Positions 8,745 to 18,435 of a stretch of 64,000 bases of DNA are shown in pieces. The position numbers and the translations under genes are program-made. The stretch comes from a virus. The DNA lies in IMG/VR virus record IMGVR_UViG_3300008117_000010, positions 32,001 through 96,000 of that record. The stretch is one strand, 5' to 3'. The notes under the pieces were generated by a model that saw only the letters and a list, made by a program, of their open reading frames with translations, had not been told where the DNA came from and did no database searches. Positions within the stretch are counted from its first letter, which is position 1. Every line of letters begins with the position of its first letter.

Positions 8745-11700
8745 ATGTCAGAAATAAATTCAAATACATCATCATTAGAAGCAAGAACCTTTAGTAAGGG
8801 ACTTGTTAAAGATATAAGCGATCTCTATACTCCAGATGGAGTATGGAGTCATGCAAGAAATTTAAATAATGTTAATGAAGTTAATGGTGATATTGGTACA
8901 GTAAGTAGTGAGCCCGCCAATGAATTTTGTAATCAAGCACCTTATACAATTATAGGTGCTATTAATATATATCAAGATTATTGGGTAATCTATTCTACTG
9001 ATGATGTTAATTCTGAAATAGGTTTATTTGATGAGTCAGCTTGTCAATATTATAAAATTGTTAATGATCCTTGTTTAGGTTTTAATCGTAATAATCTTAT
9101 TATTGGTCGATCAAGAGAAAATTTTGATTGTTCATATCAAGTATATTGGGCAGATGGTTTAAATCCAGATAGAACGTTAAATATTGGTGATATACGTAAT
9201 GCACCATTTGCTCAACCATGGCCTGGTGTACCATACGTATGTGTTGATCAACAAGCTGGATTAAATGAAGAATGTCAAGTATGTGAACCAATATATCCAT
9301 TACAATTAGATTGTGAAAAAATTAGATTAGCTAAACTAACTAAAACACCTTGTGTTAAAGTAGAGTTAGGTTTAGCAGGTGGTAACTTAAGAAATGGTTC
9401 TTACTTTGCTGTAATTGCTTATGCAGAAAATGGATTAAAAGCAACAAACTGGTTTGCACCTGGTAATATCCAATCGATTTTTAATCATAGTGATAATGGC
9501 GGTTCTATTCAAATTCAATTTTCTAATCTAGAAACATCTAATTATGATGAATTTATATTAGCAGTTGTTCGAGTAGTAAACAACCAACTTGAGGCAAAAC
9601 AAATTGGTATTTATAGTACAGATACATCTGTAGTTAATATAGATTATTTAGATCCTGAATTACCTACAATCAATGCGGGTGAGATTTTAATCTTACCAAT
9701 TTATTATGAAAAGTCAAACGGTATATATCAAGTCAATAATTATTTATTACGTGTAGGACCAACAAGTAGATTCGATTTTAATTACCAACCGCTTGCAAAT
9801 CAGATTGATACAGAGTGGGTAATGATTGAACAACCTGTAGATTACTATCGTAAAGGTGGTAATATGACAGGATACATGCGTGACGAACAATATGCTTTTT
9901 TCATAAGATGGGTTTATAATACAGGTGATAAGTCATCATCATATCATATTCCAGGTAGAGGTAAAGAATTAAATAGAGAAATTGATAGTAATGGAAATGA
10001 TATTCTTTATAATGCTGCTAATGGATTTAATGAATCCTCTCCTGATAATTTTGAATTAGCAGCTTCACAAGCAGTTCAAGGTTCATATCAAACACCAGCA
10101 ATATATGATGTTATAAATACAGCATATGTATTATCAAGTAATTTACCTGCAGCAAATGATCCTGTAATACCTGGTAACGTTATTGCTCGTGGTAAAATGG
10201 GTTATTGGGAATCAACAGAAATTTATCCAGATAATAAACCTGAAGTGTGGAATGCAAGTTACTGGCCTTGGTCTCAAACAAGTAGTAGCAATCATGATCT
10301 ATGTGGAAAACCTATTAGACATCATAAATTTCCAGCAGATATTTTAGATACTAGTCCTAATAGTAATGGTGCTAATGGATATTCAAGAGTTCGTATTGGA
10401 ACAACTAGTTGTAACAATAAAGAAAATCCAAAAGCTATAAGAATACTTGGTGTAAGTTTTAAAAATATTAAAGCTCCTGTTGATAATAATGGTGTTCCAA
10501 TTCCAGGTATTGTTGGTTATGAAATATTACGTAGTTCGAGAGAAGGTAACAAAACTGTTATTGCAAAAGGAATAATTAATAATGTTCGACAATATGTAAG
10601 TGCAGACGGACAAAATATTTATTTTCAAAACTATCCTTATAATGATCTTACTCCAGATCCATTTATACAAGGAACTAATAATACGCATAAAGACAAAGTT
10701 ACATTTCACTCTCCAGATACAAACTTTACCGATCCATTTTTAAATCAAAGTGAATTAAAGTTATATGGTGAACTTGGTCAATCAGATAATACATTCATGC
10801 AATTAACTGAAGTACCAGGTCACCCAAAACATAAATTAATTACTAATCTTGCTTTCTTAGTTGCTACCTTTCTTGGATATGCAATTGCTGCAAGAAACTT
10901 AAGAGGTAAAAAAGTTTATCAATTCCAAGGATATCAACCATTTAATATAGGTATTCTTGGAACACCTCCTACTAGTAGTACAACAGAACCAGCTCAAAGT
11001 ATTAATATTACTACAAGAAATACAATATATAATACTGCAAATAATATTACAAATAGTGCACTTGGAGGTAGACTTGAAAATAAAGTTCCCGTATTTTTTG
11101 CATCATTATTTAGTCCATTAGGTACTAACCAAGGTGAGAAAGCAGATGAGACAAATTTAAGTCAGGGTGGATCAGGTATTATGCAAAAAGTTCGTTCATG
11201 GACTAATGAATATTCTGATATAGATTATTTAGGTGGAACATATAGAGCAATAAGTTCTGCAATTACATTTGGTTACTATTTAACTGAAGGTGCAGATTCA
11301 ATGTTAGAACTTATAAAAAGTTTAAGTCCTTATCGTCAATATGCTTATAGATACTTATCAGTTGCACATTTACATAATCATAACTTAGGTAATGCAAAAT
11401 TCTTAAATTCTAATTCACGTAGATATATAACTGGATCAGAGTATTTAGATAGTTCATATCAGAATGTTGAAGGTCTTAGATATAATAATTTATTAAGACC
11501 AAGGACAGTTTCTTTACATTTAAATAGTGCTATACAAGATCCTAGCTTAGTTGATAATACTCGAGTTTTAATATCAAATCAATATAATAATTGGAAAGAT
11601 AGAAGTAAACCCTTTTGTAAAACAGCTAGTTGTTATTATGCAGGAATTAAAATAAGAAATAGAAATCAATATGGACAGTTACAAAATATAAAACAAATAT

Positions 11701-13805
11701 TTACAAACTGTTCTATTAATGTTCCAAATAACTTTGGAGTTAATAATCCTATAGTTCAGTCTCCAGATATATTTGGCGGTGATGTATATGTTACAAGATA
11801 TACTGAAAAGAATACATTCTTTTATTTCTATGATTGGTTATATGATCAACCTGATGGATATGAGTTTGATTATACATTAAGATATATGATTAATGAGCCA
11901 AGATTCTGGGCAAACTTTAATGCATTTGCTACAGAAGATTTTGTTCGAGGAATGATTGGAAGTATTTTATCACTTAATTTTGGTCAAATATTAAATGCTG
12001 CACCAAGTTCATTATATAAACTTGATGATTTTGATGCAATAGATTTTAGTGATTTAGCTAATCTTAATATTGGTAACTTTGTTAATTCATTAGTCAGTAA
12101 ACTAAAGTTTCTAAAGCAAAATGCATTATTCTATTTATTTAATTCAGGAGTTAGAGAATTTTTTGTTGAATCAGAATATAACTTAGATAGTCGTGATTGG
12201 GGTGAGTTAGATCAAGAACGTCATTACGATCCTTATAGATTTAGAGATCTTAATACATTATTTGATACTCCAATAATTAAGTTTGGAAACTTCTATAAAT
12301 ATGATAGGTCATTAAGTGTTGCTTACTTACCATCAAATAAATCACCATGGGGAGTTATTCAACCTAGATCATATGATCCATTAACTGCGGAAACATGCTT
12401 TACAAATTTTCCAGATAGAATTATTTATTCATTACCACAAGATCAAGAAGGTAAAAAAGATTATTGGAAAATCTTCTTAGTTAACAACTATAAAGACTTT
12501 GGAGATGTAGTTACTTCTGTTAAACCAATAAGTAAATCGGGATCAATAATATTATTCCAGTCTCAAGCACCAATAATGTTTATGGGTGTTGATGAATTAG
12601 AAACCACAGGTGGAGTAAAATTAACTATTGGAGATGGAGGATTATTTAGTCAACCATTACAGAATTTAAGTAATGCGGATCCTGCTTATCAACATGGAGC
12701 ATGTCAAAGTAGATTAAGTGTAATTAATACTCCTCTTGGATTATATTACATGAATCAAGCTCAAGGTAAAATATTCCATGTACTATCTTCAGGAATAGAT
12801 GAGATATCAGCTAGATATATGCGGTGGTGGTTTTCAACATACTTACCGTTTAAGATACTAGAAGATTTTCCAAATTTTGAATTAATAGATAATCCTGTTG
12901 TAGGTGTTGGATGTCAATCAATATATGACAATAAAGCAATTATACTTTATTTCTGTAAGAAGGATTATAAGTTAAAACCAGAATTTAAGAATAGAATTAC
13001 ATATATAACTGGTAATGACTTTTTATTAGATAACCTAAATAAAATTAAATTAGGTGATTCTAATTATTTTGACGATGCTTCTTGGACAATAAGTTTTGAT
13101 CCAAAAGAAAAGATGTGGTTATCATTCCACGATTGGCATCCCGAGTTAACATTAATTGCACGTAATAATTTATTAACTACAATTACTGCACCAACCGGTG
13201 GACAAATTTGGAGACATAATGATAGAAATGATTTATTCTGTAACTATTATGGAAAAGATTATCCGTTTGAAATAGAACAAACGTTTTCAACAGGACAAAC
13301 AGTTAATACAATAAGAAGCATTGAATATGTTCTAGAAGGTTATATCTATAATCAAGAAACAGAAGATAAGTATCATGTGCTTGATGCAAATTTTGATAGA
13401 GCAGTCGTTCATAATTCAGAACAAGTATCTGGTGTATTACGTTTAAATCTCACACCTAAAAATAATAGTGTTGATATTATTAACTATCCAGTTATTAATC
13501 CAAGTAACATAGATATATTATATTCAAAAGAAGAACAAAAATATAGATTTAATCAGTTCTGGGATATTACTGCAGATCGTGGTGAGTTTACATTTCCAAA
13601 CGTTCAAAGACCAATTTGGACAACTGCTTATAATGGTTATGTAAGAATATTAAATCCAAATAATTTGAATTATAATAAATCGCCATTTGAAAGAAAGAAG
13701 TTTCGACATTATACAAATCGCATTTTATTATATAAACAGATCTCTGGAAATGTTCAATTGATTTATAAAATTCAAAATACAAAACTTTTATATTCTCCGC
13801 GATGA
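8745..13805 (+). CDS. Tail stabilisation / muzzle protein (P22 gp10-like, crAss Tstab)
   Basis: 1686 aa with FSKGLVKD at the start, GYMRDEQYAFFIRW, IFGGDVYVTRY and WTISFD...WLSFHDWHP. Size and position are typical of crAss-like phages. Confidence 0.8.
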   Translation: MSEINSNTSSLEARTFSKGLVKDISDLYTPDGVWSHARNLNNVNEVNGDIGTVSSEPANEFCNQAPYTIIGAINIYQDYWVIYSTDDVNSEIGLFDESACQYYKIVNDPCLGFNRNNLIIGRSRENFDCSYQVYWADGLNPDRTLNIGDIRNAPFAQPWPGVPYVCVDQQAGLNEECQVCEPIYPLQLDCEKIRLAKLTKTPCVKVELGLAGGNLRNGSYFAVIAYAENGLKATNWFAPGNIQSIFNHSDNGGSIQIQFSNLETSNYDEFILAVVRVVNNQLEAKQIGIYSTDTSVVNIDYLDPELPTINAGEILILPIYYEKSNGIYQVNNYLLRVGPTSRFDFNYQPLANQIDTEWVMIEQPVDYYRKGGNMTGYMRDEQYAFFIRWVYNTGDKSSSYHIPGRGKELNREIDSNGNDILYNAANGFNESSPDNFELAASQAVQGSYQTPAIYDVINTAYVLSSNLPAANDPVIPGNVIARGKMGYWESTEIYPDNKPEVWNASYWPWSQTSSSNHDLCGKPIRHHKFPADILDTSPNSNGANGYSRVRIGTTSCNNKENPKAIRILGVSFKNIKAPVDNNGVPIPGIVGYEILRSSREGNKTVIAKGIINNVRQYVSADGQNIYFQNYPYNDLTPDPFIQGTNNTHKDKVTFHSPDTNFTDPFLNQSELKLYGELGQSDNTFMQLTEVPGHPKHKLITNLAFLVATFLGYAIAARNLRGKKVYQFQGYQPFNIGILGTPPTSSTTEPAQSINITTRNTIYNTANNITNSALGGRLENKVPVFFASLFSPLGTNQGEKADETNLSQGGSGIMQKVRSWTNEYSDIDYLGGTYRAISSAITFGYYLTEGADSMLELIKSLSPYRQYAYRYLSVAHLHNHNLGNAKFLNSNSRRYITGSEYLDSSYQNVEGLRYNNLLRPRTVSLHLNSAIQDPSLVDNTRVLISNQYNNWKDRSKPFCKTASCYYAGIKIRNRNQYGQLQNIKQIFTNCSINVPNNFGVNNPIVQSPDIFGGDVYVTRYTEKNTFFYFYDWLYDQPDGYEFDYTLRYMINEPRFWANFNAFATEDFVRGMIGSILSLNFGQILNAAPSSLYKLDDFDAIDFSDLANLNIGNFVNSLVSKLKFLKQNALFYLFNSGVREFFVESEYNLDSRDWGELDQERHYDPYRFRDLNTLFDTPIIKFGNFYKYDRSLSVAYLPSNKSPWGVIQPRSYDPLTAETCFTNFPDRIIYSLPQDQEGKKDYWKIFLVNNYKDFGDVVTSVKPISKSGSIILFQSQAPIMFMGVDELETTGGVKLTIGDGGLFSQPLQNLSNADPAYQHGACQSRLSVINTPLGLYYMNQAQGKIFHVLSSGIDEISARYMRWWFSTYLPFKILEDFPNFELIDNPVVGVGCQSIYDNKAIILYFCKKDYKLKPEFKNRITYITGNDFLLDNLNKIKLGDSNYFDDASWTISFDPKEKMWLSFHDWHPELTLIARNNLLTTITAPTGGQIWRHNDRNDLFCNYYGKDYPFEIEQTFSTGQTVNTIRSIEYVLEGYIYNQETEDKYHVLDANFDRAVVHNSEQVSGVLRLNLTPKNNSVDIINYPVINPSNIDILYSKEEQKYRFNQFWDITADRGEFTFPNVQRPIWTTAYNGYVRILNPNNLNYNKSPFERKKFRHYTNRILLYKQISGNVQLIYKIQNTKLLYSPR

Positions 13806-16800
13806 AAAAGTATATAGGCAAATTTAAAAAGGAAGGATTACCCGGTGGACCTAATGAAGTGCAAACAACTATGCATGGATTTATATTTACTGAAGATGGT
13901 CAATATGATTTTCCAGGAATGAAAACAGTAGTACCTGGAGATACTATGACAATGGAAAATGTACTGCATAATCTATTAGGTATTAGTGATAATGGTATTA
14001 TGCAATTCATGGAACGTGATGGTGGAGAATATTATTTTCCTGGTGCAAACATGGTATATGAAATACCTCTTGCACAATTTGGTTTATCATATGGATTAGA
14101 AGGGACAGAAGATATGAATGGAAGTCTTGTTCCCTCATTAAACTTTGATACTAACGGTCTAAGTCTTAATGCTTCATCAAGTTTACCTATAGAAAGTTTA
14201 AAAGATTATTATAAAAATTTAAGTGTTAATGCAGCCTATAGAAAAAATTTAGGAAGACTAGGAAATTTAGAACTAACAGGTAGTGGTTATTATAATAAAG
14301 GTAGTAAACCAGATTATAATGTTGGTTTTAATTATAATAACAGATTTAAAGATCGATTAGGTGTAAATGTTTCTGCTAATTCTCCATTACAAAATATTAA
14401 AGATAATACTAATGTAAATGTTGGTTTAACTTATAATTTTCAAGATGGTGGAATTAGAGGACCAAGAATAGTTAATGACCCTGAATCAGATAGATCATAC
14501 TATGATCCAATTTCAGAAACAATAACTATGAGTGCTTTACCATTTGGTGTAGATCCAAAATATGTTAAGGAGCATGAAATGTTTCACCATCTGCAAAACA
14601 TGACGGGTAACTTACATTATGGTACACCTGTAAAAAGAGCTACTATTCCATCAACCGATGAATTTGCGGCAGACTATTATAACAGAAAAGGATTAGAAGT
14701 AGGAGATCTTACTGATGAATTTAGATATTATAATCCTGAATTTGGTTTTGTACCAGATGATGTTATATATAACACGTATATTGACTACGAACAATATAAT
14801 AGACCGTATACTGTAGAGGGTGAAGCTCAAGATTATGAAAACTATATACGTTCTGGTGGCAACTCTATATTTAGAAAAAATGGTGGATCATTAGATAAGT
14901 ATCAATTTGGTAGACAATATAAAAAATTCAAAGAAAGCTTACCAGAAAACTTAAGAAATACAAATGAAAAAGATTATAATTTAAAGTATTTATGGAAAAA
15001 AGCTGGTAGACCTAGTGATATATTTGAAGCACAACAATGGGATAGAAATAAATCATTTGAAGAAAATTATAATCAAGATATAGCAAACTTAAAAGCTGGA
15101 ACATATGATTATACAAAAGGTCTTTTTCCTTTAGTAGAGGATGTAGAACAAGACGGTAGTATTAGTTATAATTATCATGGTTCAAGTATTGAACCAACAA
15201 CATTAAAGTTTTTAAAATCAAAAGATCATCCATCTTTAATAAAGGAATTAGAGTGGTATTATTCTAATGACCCAACTGCTGTTGATTTTAGAAATCAATA
15301 TGATTTAGATAAAAGTGGTAAATTTTATCAGTATATACCAAAAAAACAAAATATAAAAAAGAAAGGTGGTACAACTCTAAAAAAATATCAAACCGGAAAA
15401 ACAGTTTCACAAGAGTGGACTGAAATTACAGGAACACCTTGGGCACAAGCCAAAAAACTTGGACTAACTAAAGGAAGTGAAAAAGAAAATCTTAAACTTT
15501 TAAATGAAATTAAAAAAGATCCTGAAAAATATAGAACACTTGCAAGAGGTAATTCTAATTTGCAACCAATAGAAAGGATAGAAGTTCAACCAGAAGCTAT
15601 AATAACAGAAGATGTAAAACCTGTTACTACAGCTAAAAGTGTAACACAACCATTTGATCAAACATATAGAGAGTTATACGGAGAAGAAAAACAAGCACCA
15701 CAAGATGTAATGAGGGTACCTTTAATAGATGCTCCAAAATATACTATAACAAATCCTGATTTATTAAGTGTTCCTTTTGTATATGAAACGGGAGTTCAAC
15801 CAGACTATTCATATGAAGATAGAGCATTTGGTGAATCTGAGTGGAATAAACTTGCGGCTGTTGCATTACCTTCTCCAACTGGAGAATTTGCTCAAGAAAT
15901 GTTTAATCCATTAAGTCAAGAAGCGATAGGAGAATATATTCCTATGGTACAATCAACGCAATTAACAACTCCAGGACCAAATGCATATAAACCAGATTTA
16001 TCTAATTGTGATCAAGAGCAATGTTCTGCAGGATTACAATATAACCTAGCATCACAATTAAAAGGTGGTTTTAACGAAGCTCATAATAAATTAGGACTTC
16101 AAGGTAATGCTTGGACAATGGGTGAAAATATTATAAAACATGGTGGACAAAGAATATATGGTCTTGGTTCTGAAATGAATATAAATAGAAGTAAAAATTA
16201 TGATACTAAAGATATAAGGAAAAAATTATATGAGGCAAGAAAATCATATGACTTAGATAAAATATACGAAACCTCACAGGTAGGTGATATTGTTGAAATG
16301 TATTATCCCGGTAGTGACTATCAAACCGAAGCAATACGTGATGGTAAAGATAATACTGTTACAACACATATAGGACATATTACTGAGAAAGATGGCGTTA
16401 AATATGTTACACATAATGTCCATGGTACATGGCATACAGATAAATTAGAAACATTATTATCTAGATCAGGAAATAATAAAGGTACAAAAGGAACAGTAAT
16501 TTCAGGTATTGTAAGACCAGATTATGGTTGGAGAGATAAGCAAGATGAAAATAGAGCTGTATCTATATCTCCAAATCCTGTACAAGCAATATCTGCTAGT
16601 GGTGATAGAAACTATTATCAATTTGGACCTGCTGATACAGATAATGATGGTAAAGAAGATGTAGTATCTAGATGGCAAAACAAAGCTATTAATCCGACAT
16701 CTCAACAATTTGTTAAAGGAATAGAAGCTGTAGCACCAACTATTGCTAAAGACTTTGGATTATCAAATGATCAACTTGAATTAGTAATGAGAACATCATT

Positions 16801-18022
16801 TGGTGCATTAGGTAAAGAAAGTTCATTCGGTGTAGGAGAAGGATATCTTAAAAAAGCTCGAGCAAGAAAACCTTTAAGAGAATATAAAAAGACTGCTCCA
16901 GATTGGTTTCTTGAAGGTGATCCATTAAGTGAGGGTCTTTCCCAAATAAAATATGATGAGATTTTTAAAGATCCAAAAACAAAATCTCTTCTAAATAAAT
17001 ATGGAATTAAATCAGAAGATCAATTATATGATCCAATGTATGCATCTATTGCAACTATGATATTAGGAGCAATGAATTATAAACAATTTGAATTAGCAAC
17101 AGGATTAAAAGCAGAAGATGTTGATCCAATAACATTACAAAATATAATGTTACTTGGTCATAATAAAGGAATGCAAAATGTAATAAATAAAGATTTTACA
17201 AATGAAGGTGAATTAAAAACTTTTAGTTTCTTAAATAGAAAAGGTAATAAATATAAAGAGGGTAAGGAACCAACAATATCAGATGCATCAATTATAAGAG
17301 GACTCGAAACGTACTCCAATGCGCATATGAATCGAAAATCATATACTAATGAAGGTGGAGATTTTGCAGCCTCTTTAAATATTGATATGGATAAATTAAT
17401 GGGTCCAAGCAATAATGAAAACTTAGTTGAATATACTCAACAAGAACTTCCTGAAGAATATGGTCTTGGTGAAGCTCTTCTTGCTGGTGCATATGATAAA
17501 GCTTCAGGTAGAGATTATCAAAAAGATAGAGATAAAATAAATGCTGAAATTGAAGCAGCTAAATTAAAAGCAATAAAAAATGCAGAAAAATTATATAAGG
17601 GAAGTAAAAGAAAATTAAGACAAGCCGTAAATAAAATTGAAAAAGAAGCTGCAATAGCCAAATCAACAATTTTAAATCAAGCAAGAAAAGTTAAAAGAAA
17701 AGTATCTTCTTTTGAAGAGGGTGGACAAATTGATAAAATATATATAGGTAAATATACAATGACACCAAAGATGGAAGATGGTGGTGGATTGAAGAGATGG
17801 TTTGCAGAAGAATGGACAGATATTAAAACAGGTAAAGAATGTGGTAGATCTGGAAAAGAAAAAGGTTCACGTCCATATCCTGCTTGTAGACCAAAAAATA
17901 GAATAACTTCTGAAACTCCTAAAACAGTAAGTGAATTATCTTCTGCTGAAAAAGCTAAATTTAAAAAAGCAAAAAGAGGAAAAGAAAGAATAAAATACAA
18001 TCATCAAAGGAAAAATAAATAA
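13802..18022 (+). CDS. Multidomain virion cargo protein (beta-strand module, HExxH zincin-like, CHAP/NlpC-like amidase, lysozyme-like domain)
   Basis: HEMFH at 14573; C(16022)...GNAW...VGDIV...THIGH; GKESSFG(16811)...GLSQIKY...HNKG. Domains are separated by xxxGG linkers. Confidence 0.65.
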   Translation: MKKYIGKFKKEGLPGGPNEVQTTMHGFIFTEDGQYDFPGMKTVVPGDTMTMENVLHNLLGISDNGIMQFMERDGGEYYFPGANMVYEIPLAQFGLSYGLEGTEDMNGSLVPSLNFDTNGLSLNASSSLPIESLKDYYKNLSVNAAYRKNLGRLGNLELTGSGYYNKGSKPDYNVGFNYNNRFKDRLGVNVSANSPLQNIKDNTNVNVGLTYNFQDGGIRGPRIVNDPESDRSYYDPISETITMSALPFGVDPKYVKEHEMFHHLQNMTGNLHYGTPVKRATIPSTDEFAADYYNRKGLEVGDLTDEFRYYNPEFGFVPDDVIYNTYIDYEQYNRPYTVEGEAQDYENYIRSGGNSIFRKNGGSLDKYQFGRQYKKFKESLPENLRNTNEKDYNLKYLWKKAGRPSDIFEAQQWDRNKSFEENYNQDIANLKAGTYDYTKGLFPLVEDVEQDGSISYNYHGSSIEPTTLKFLKSKDHPSLIKELEWYYSNDPTAVDFRNQYDLDKSGKFYQYIPKKQNIKKKGGTTLKKYQTGKTVSQEWTEITGTPWAQAKKLGLTKGSEKENLKLLNEIKKDPEKYRTLARGNSNLQPIERIEVQPEAIITEDVKPVTTAKSVTQPFDQTYRELYGEEKQAPQDVMRVPLIDAPKYTITNPDLLSVPFVYETGVQPDYSYEDRAFGESEWNKLAAVALPSPTGEFAQEMFNPLSQEAIGEYIPMVQSTQLTTPGPNAYKPDLSNCDQEQCSAGLQYNLASQLKGGFNEAHNKLGLQGNAWTMGENIIKHGGQRIYGLGSEMNINRSKNYDTKDIRKKLYEARKSYDLDKIYETSQVGDIVEMYYPGSDYQTEAIRDGKDNTVTTHIGHITEKDGVKYVTHNVHGTWHTDKLETLLSRSGNNKGTKGTVISGIVRPDYGWRDKQDENRAVSISPNPVQAISASGDRNYYQFGPADTDNDGKEDVVSRWQNKAINPTSQQFVKGIEAVAPTIAKDFGLSNDQLELVMRTSFGALGKESSFGVGEGYLKKARARKPLREYKKTAPDWFLEGDPLSEGLSQIKYDEIFKDPKTKSLLNKYGIKSEDQLYDPMYASIATMILGAMNYKQFELATGLKAEDVDPITLQNIMLLGHNKGMQNVINKDFTNEGELKTFSFLNRKGNKYKEGKEPTISDASIIRGLETYSNAHMNRKSYTNEGGDFAASLNIDMDKLMGPSNNENLVEYTQQELPEEYGLGEALLAGAYDKASGRDYQKDRDKINAEIEAAKLKAIKNAEKLYKGSKRKLRQAVNKIEKEAAIAKSTILNQARKVKRKVSSFEEGGQIDKIYIGKYTMTPKMEDGGGLKRWFAEEWTDIKTGKECGRSGKEKGSRPYPACRPKNRITSETPKTVSELSSAEKAKFKKAKRGKERIKYNHQRKNK

Positions 18023-18064
18023 TATTTATTATCTTGTAATATAATTCTAACTATAAATATAACT

Positions 18065-18433
18065 ATGGCAACTTTAAACGCAACCTTGGTATTAACTAGC
18101 ACCACAACTTCATCCGCTAGTTTAAATTTAAATGTATCAAAAGTACTTACTGTAGATGTTGATCTTGTAAATACTGGACGCATTTCTTGTCCAACAGTTA
18201 CGAATACAACTTTGATTCCTAATACTGTAACAGACAATAAATATGTTTATTTAAAAAATCTTGACCCTGTTAATTTTATTACTGTTAAAGATGATGACCC
18301 TATAGCAATTGGTGACTTTATGGAATTAAAAGCTGGGGAGTTTGCATTCTTTGTAGTAAAAGGTGGCATAGGATTAAACATTGAATCTGATACAGCTCCA
18401 TGTATCGTAGAGTATGGTTTTTGGAATGAATAA
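18065..18433 (+). CDS. Small beta-rich (jelly-roll-like) putative structural protein
   Basis: 122 aa with YVYLKNLD...LKAGEFAFF. Preceded by a promoter-like word at 18029. Confidence 0.55.
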   Translation: MATLNATLVLTSTTTSSASLNLNVSKVLTVDVDLVNTGRISCPTVTNTTLIPNTVTDNKYVYLKNLDPVNFITVKDDDPIAIGDFMELKAGEFAFFVVKGGIGLNIESDTAPCIVEYGFWNE

Positions 18434-18435
18434 TT

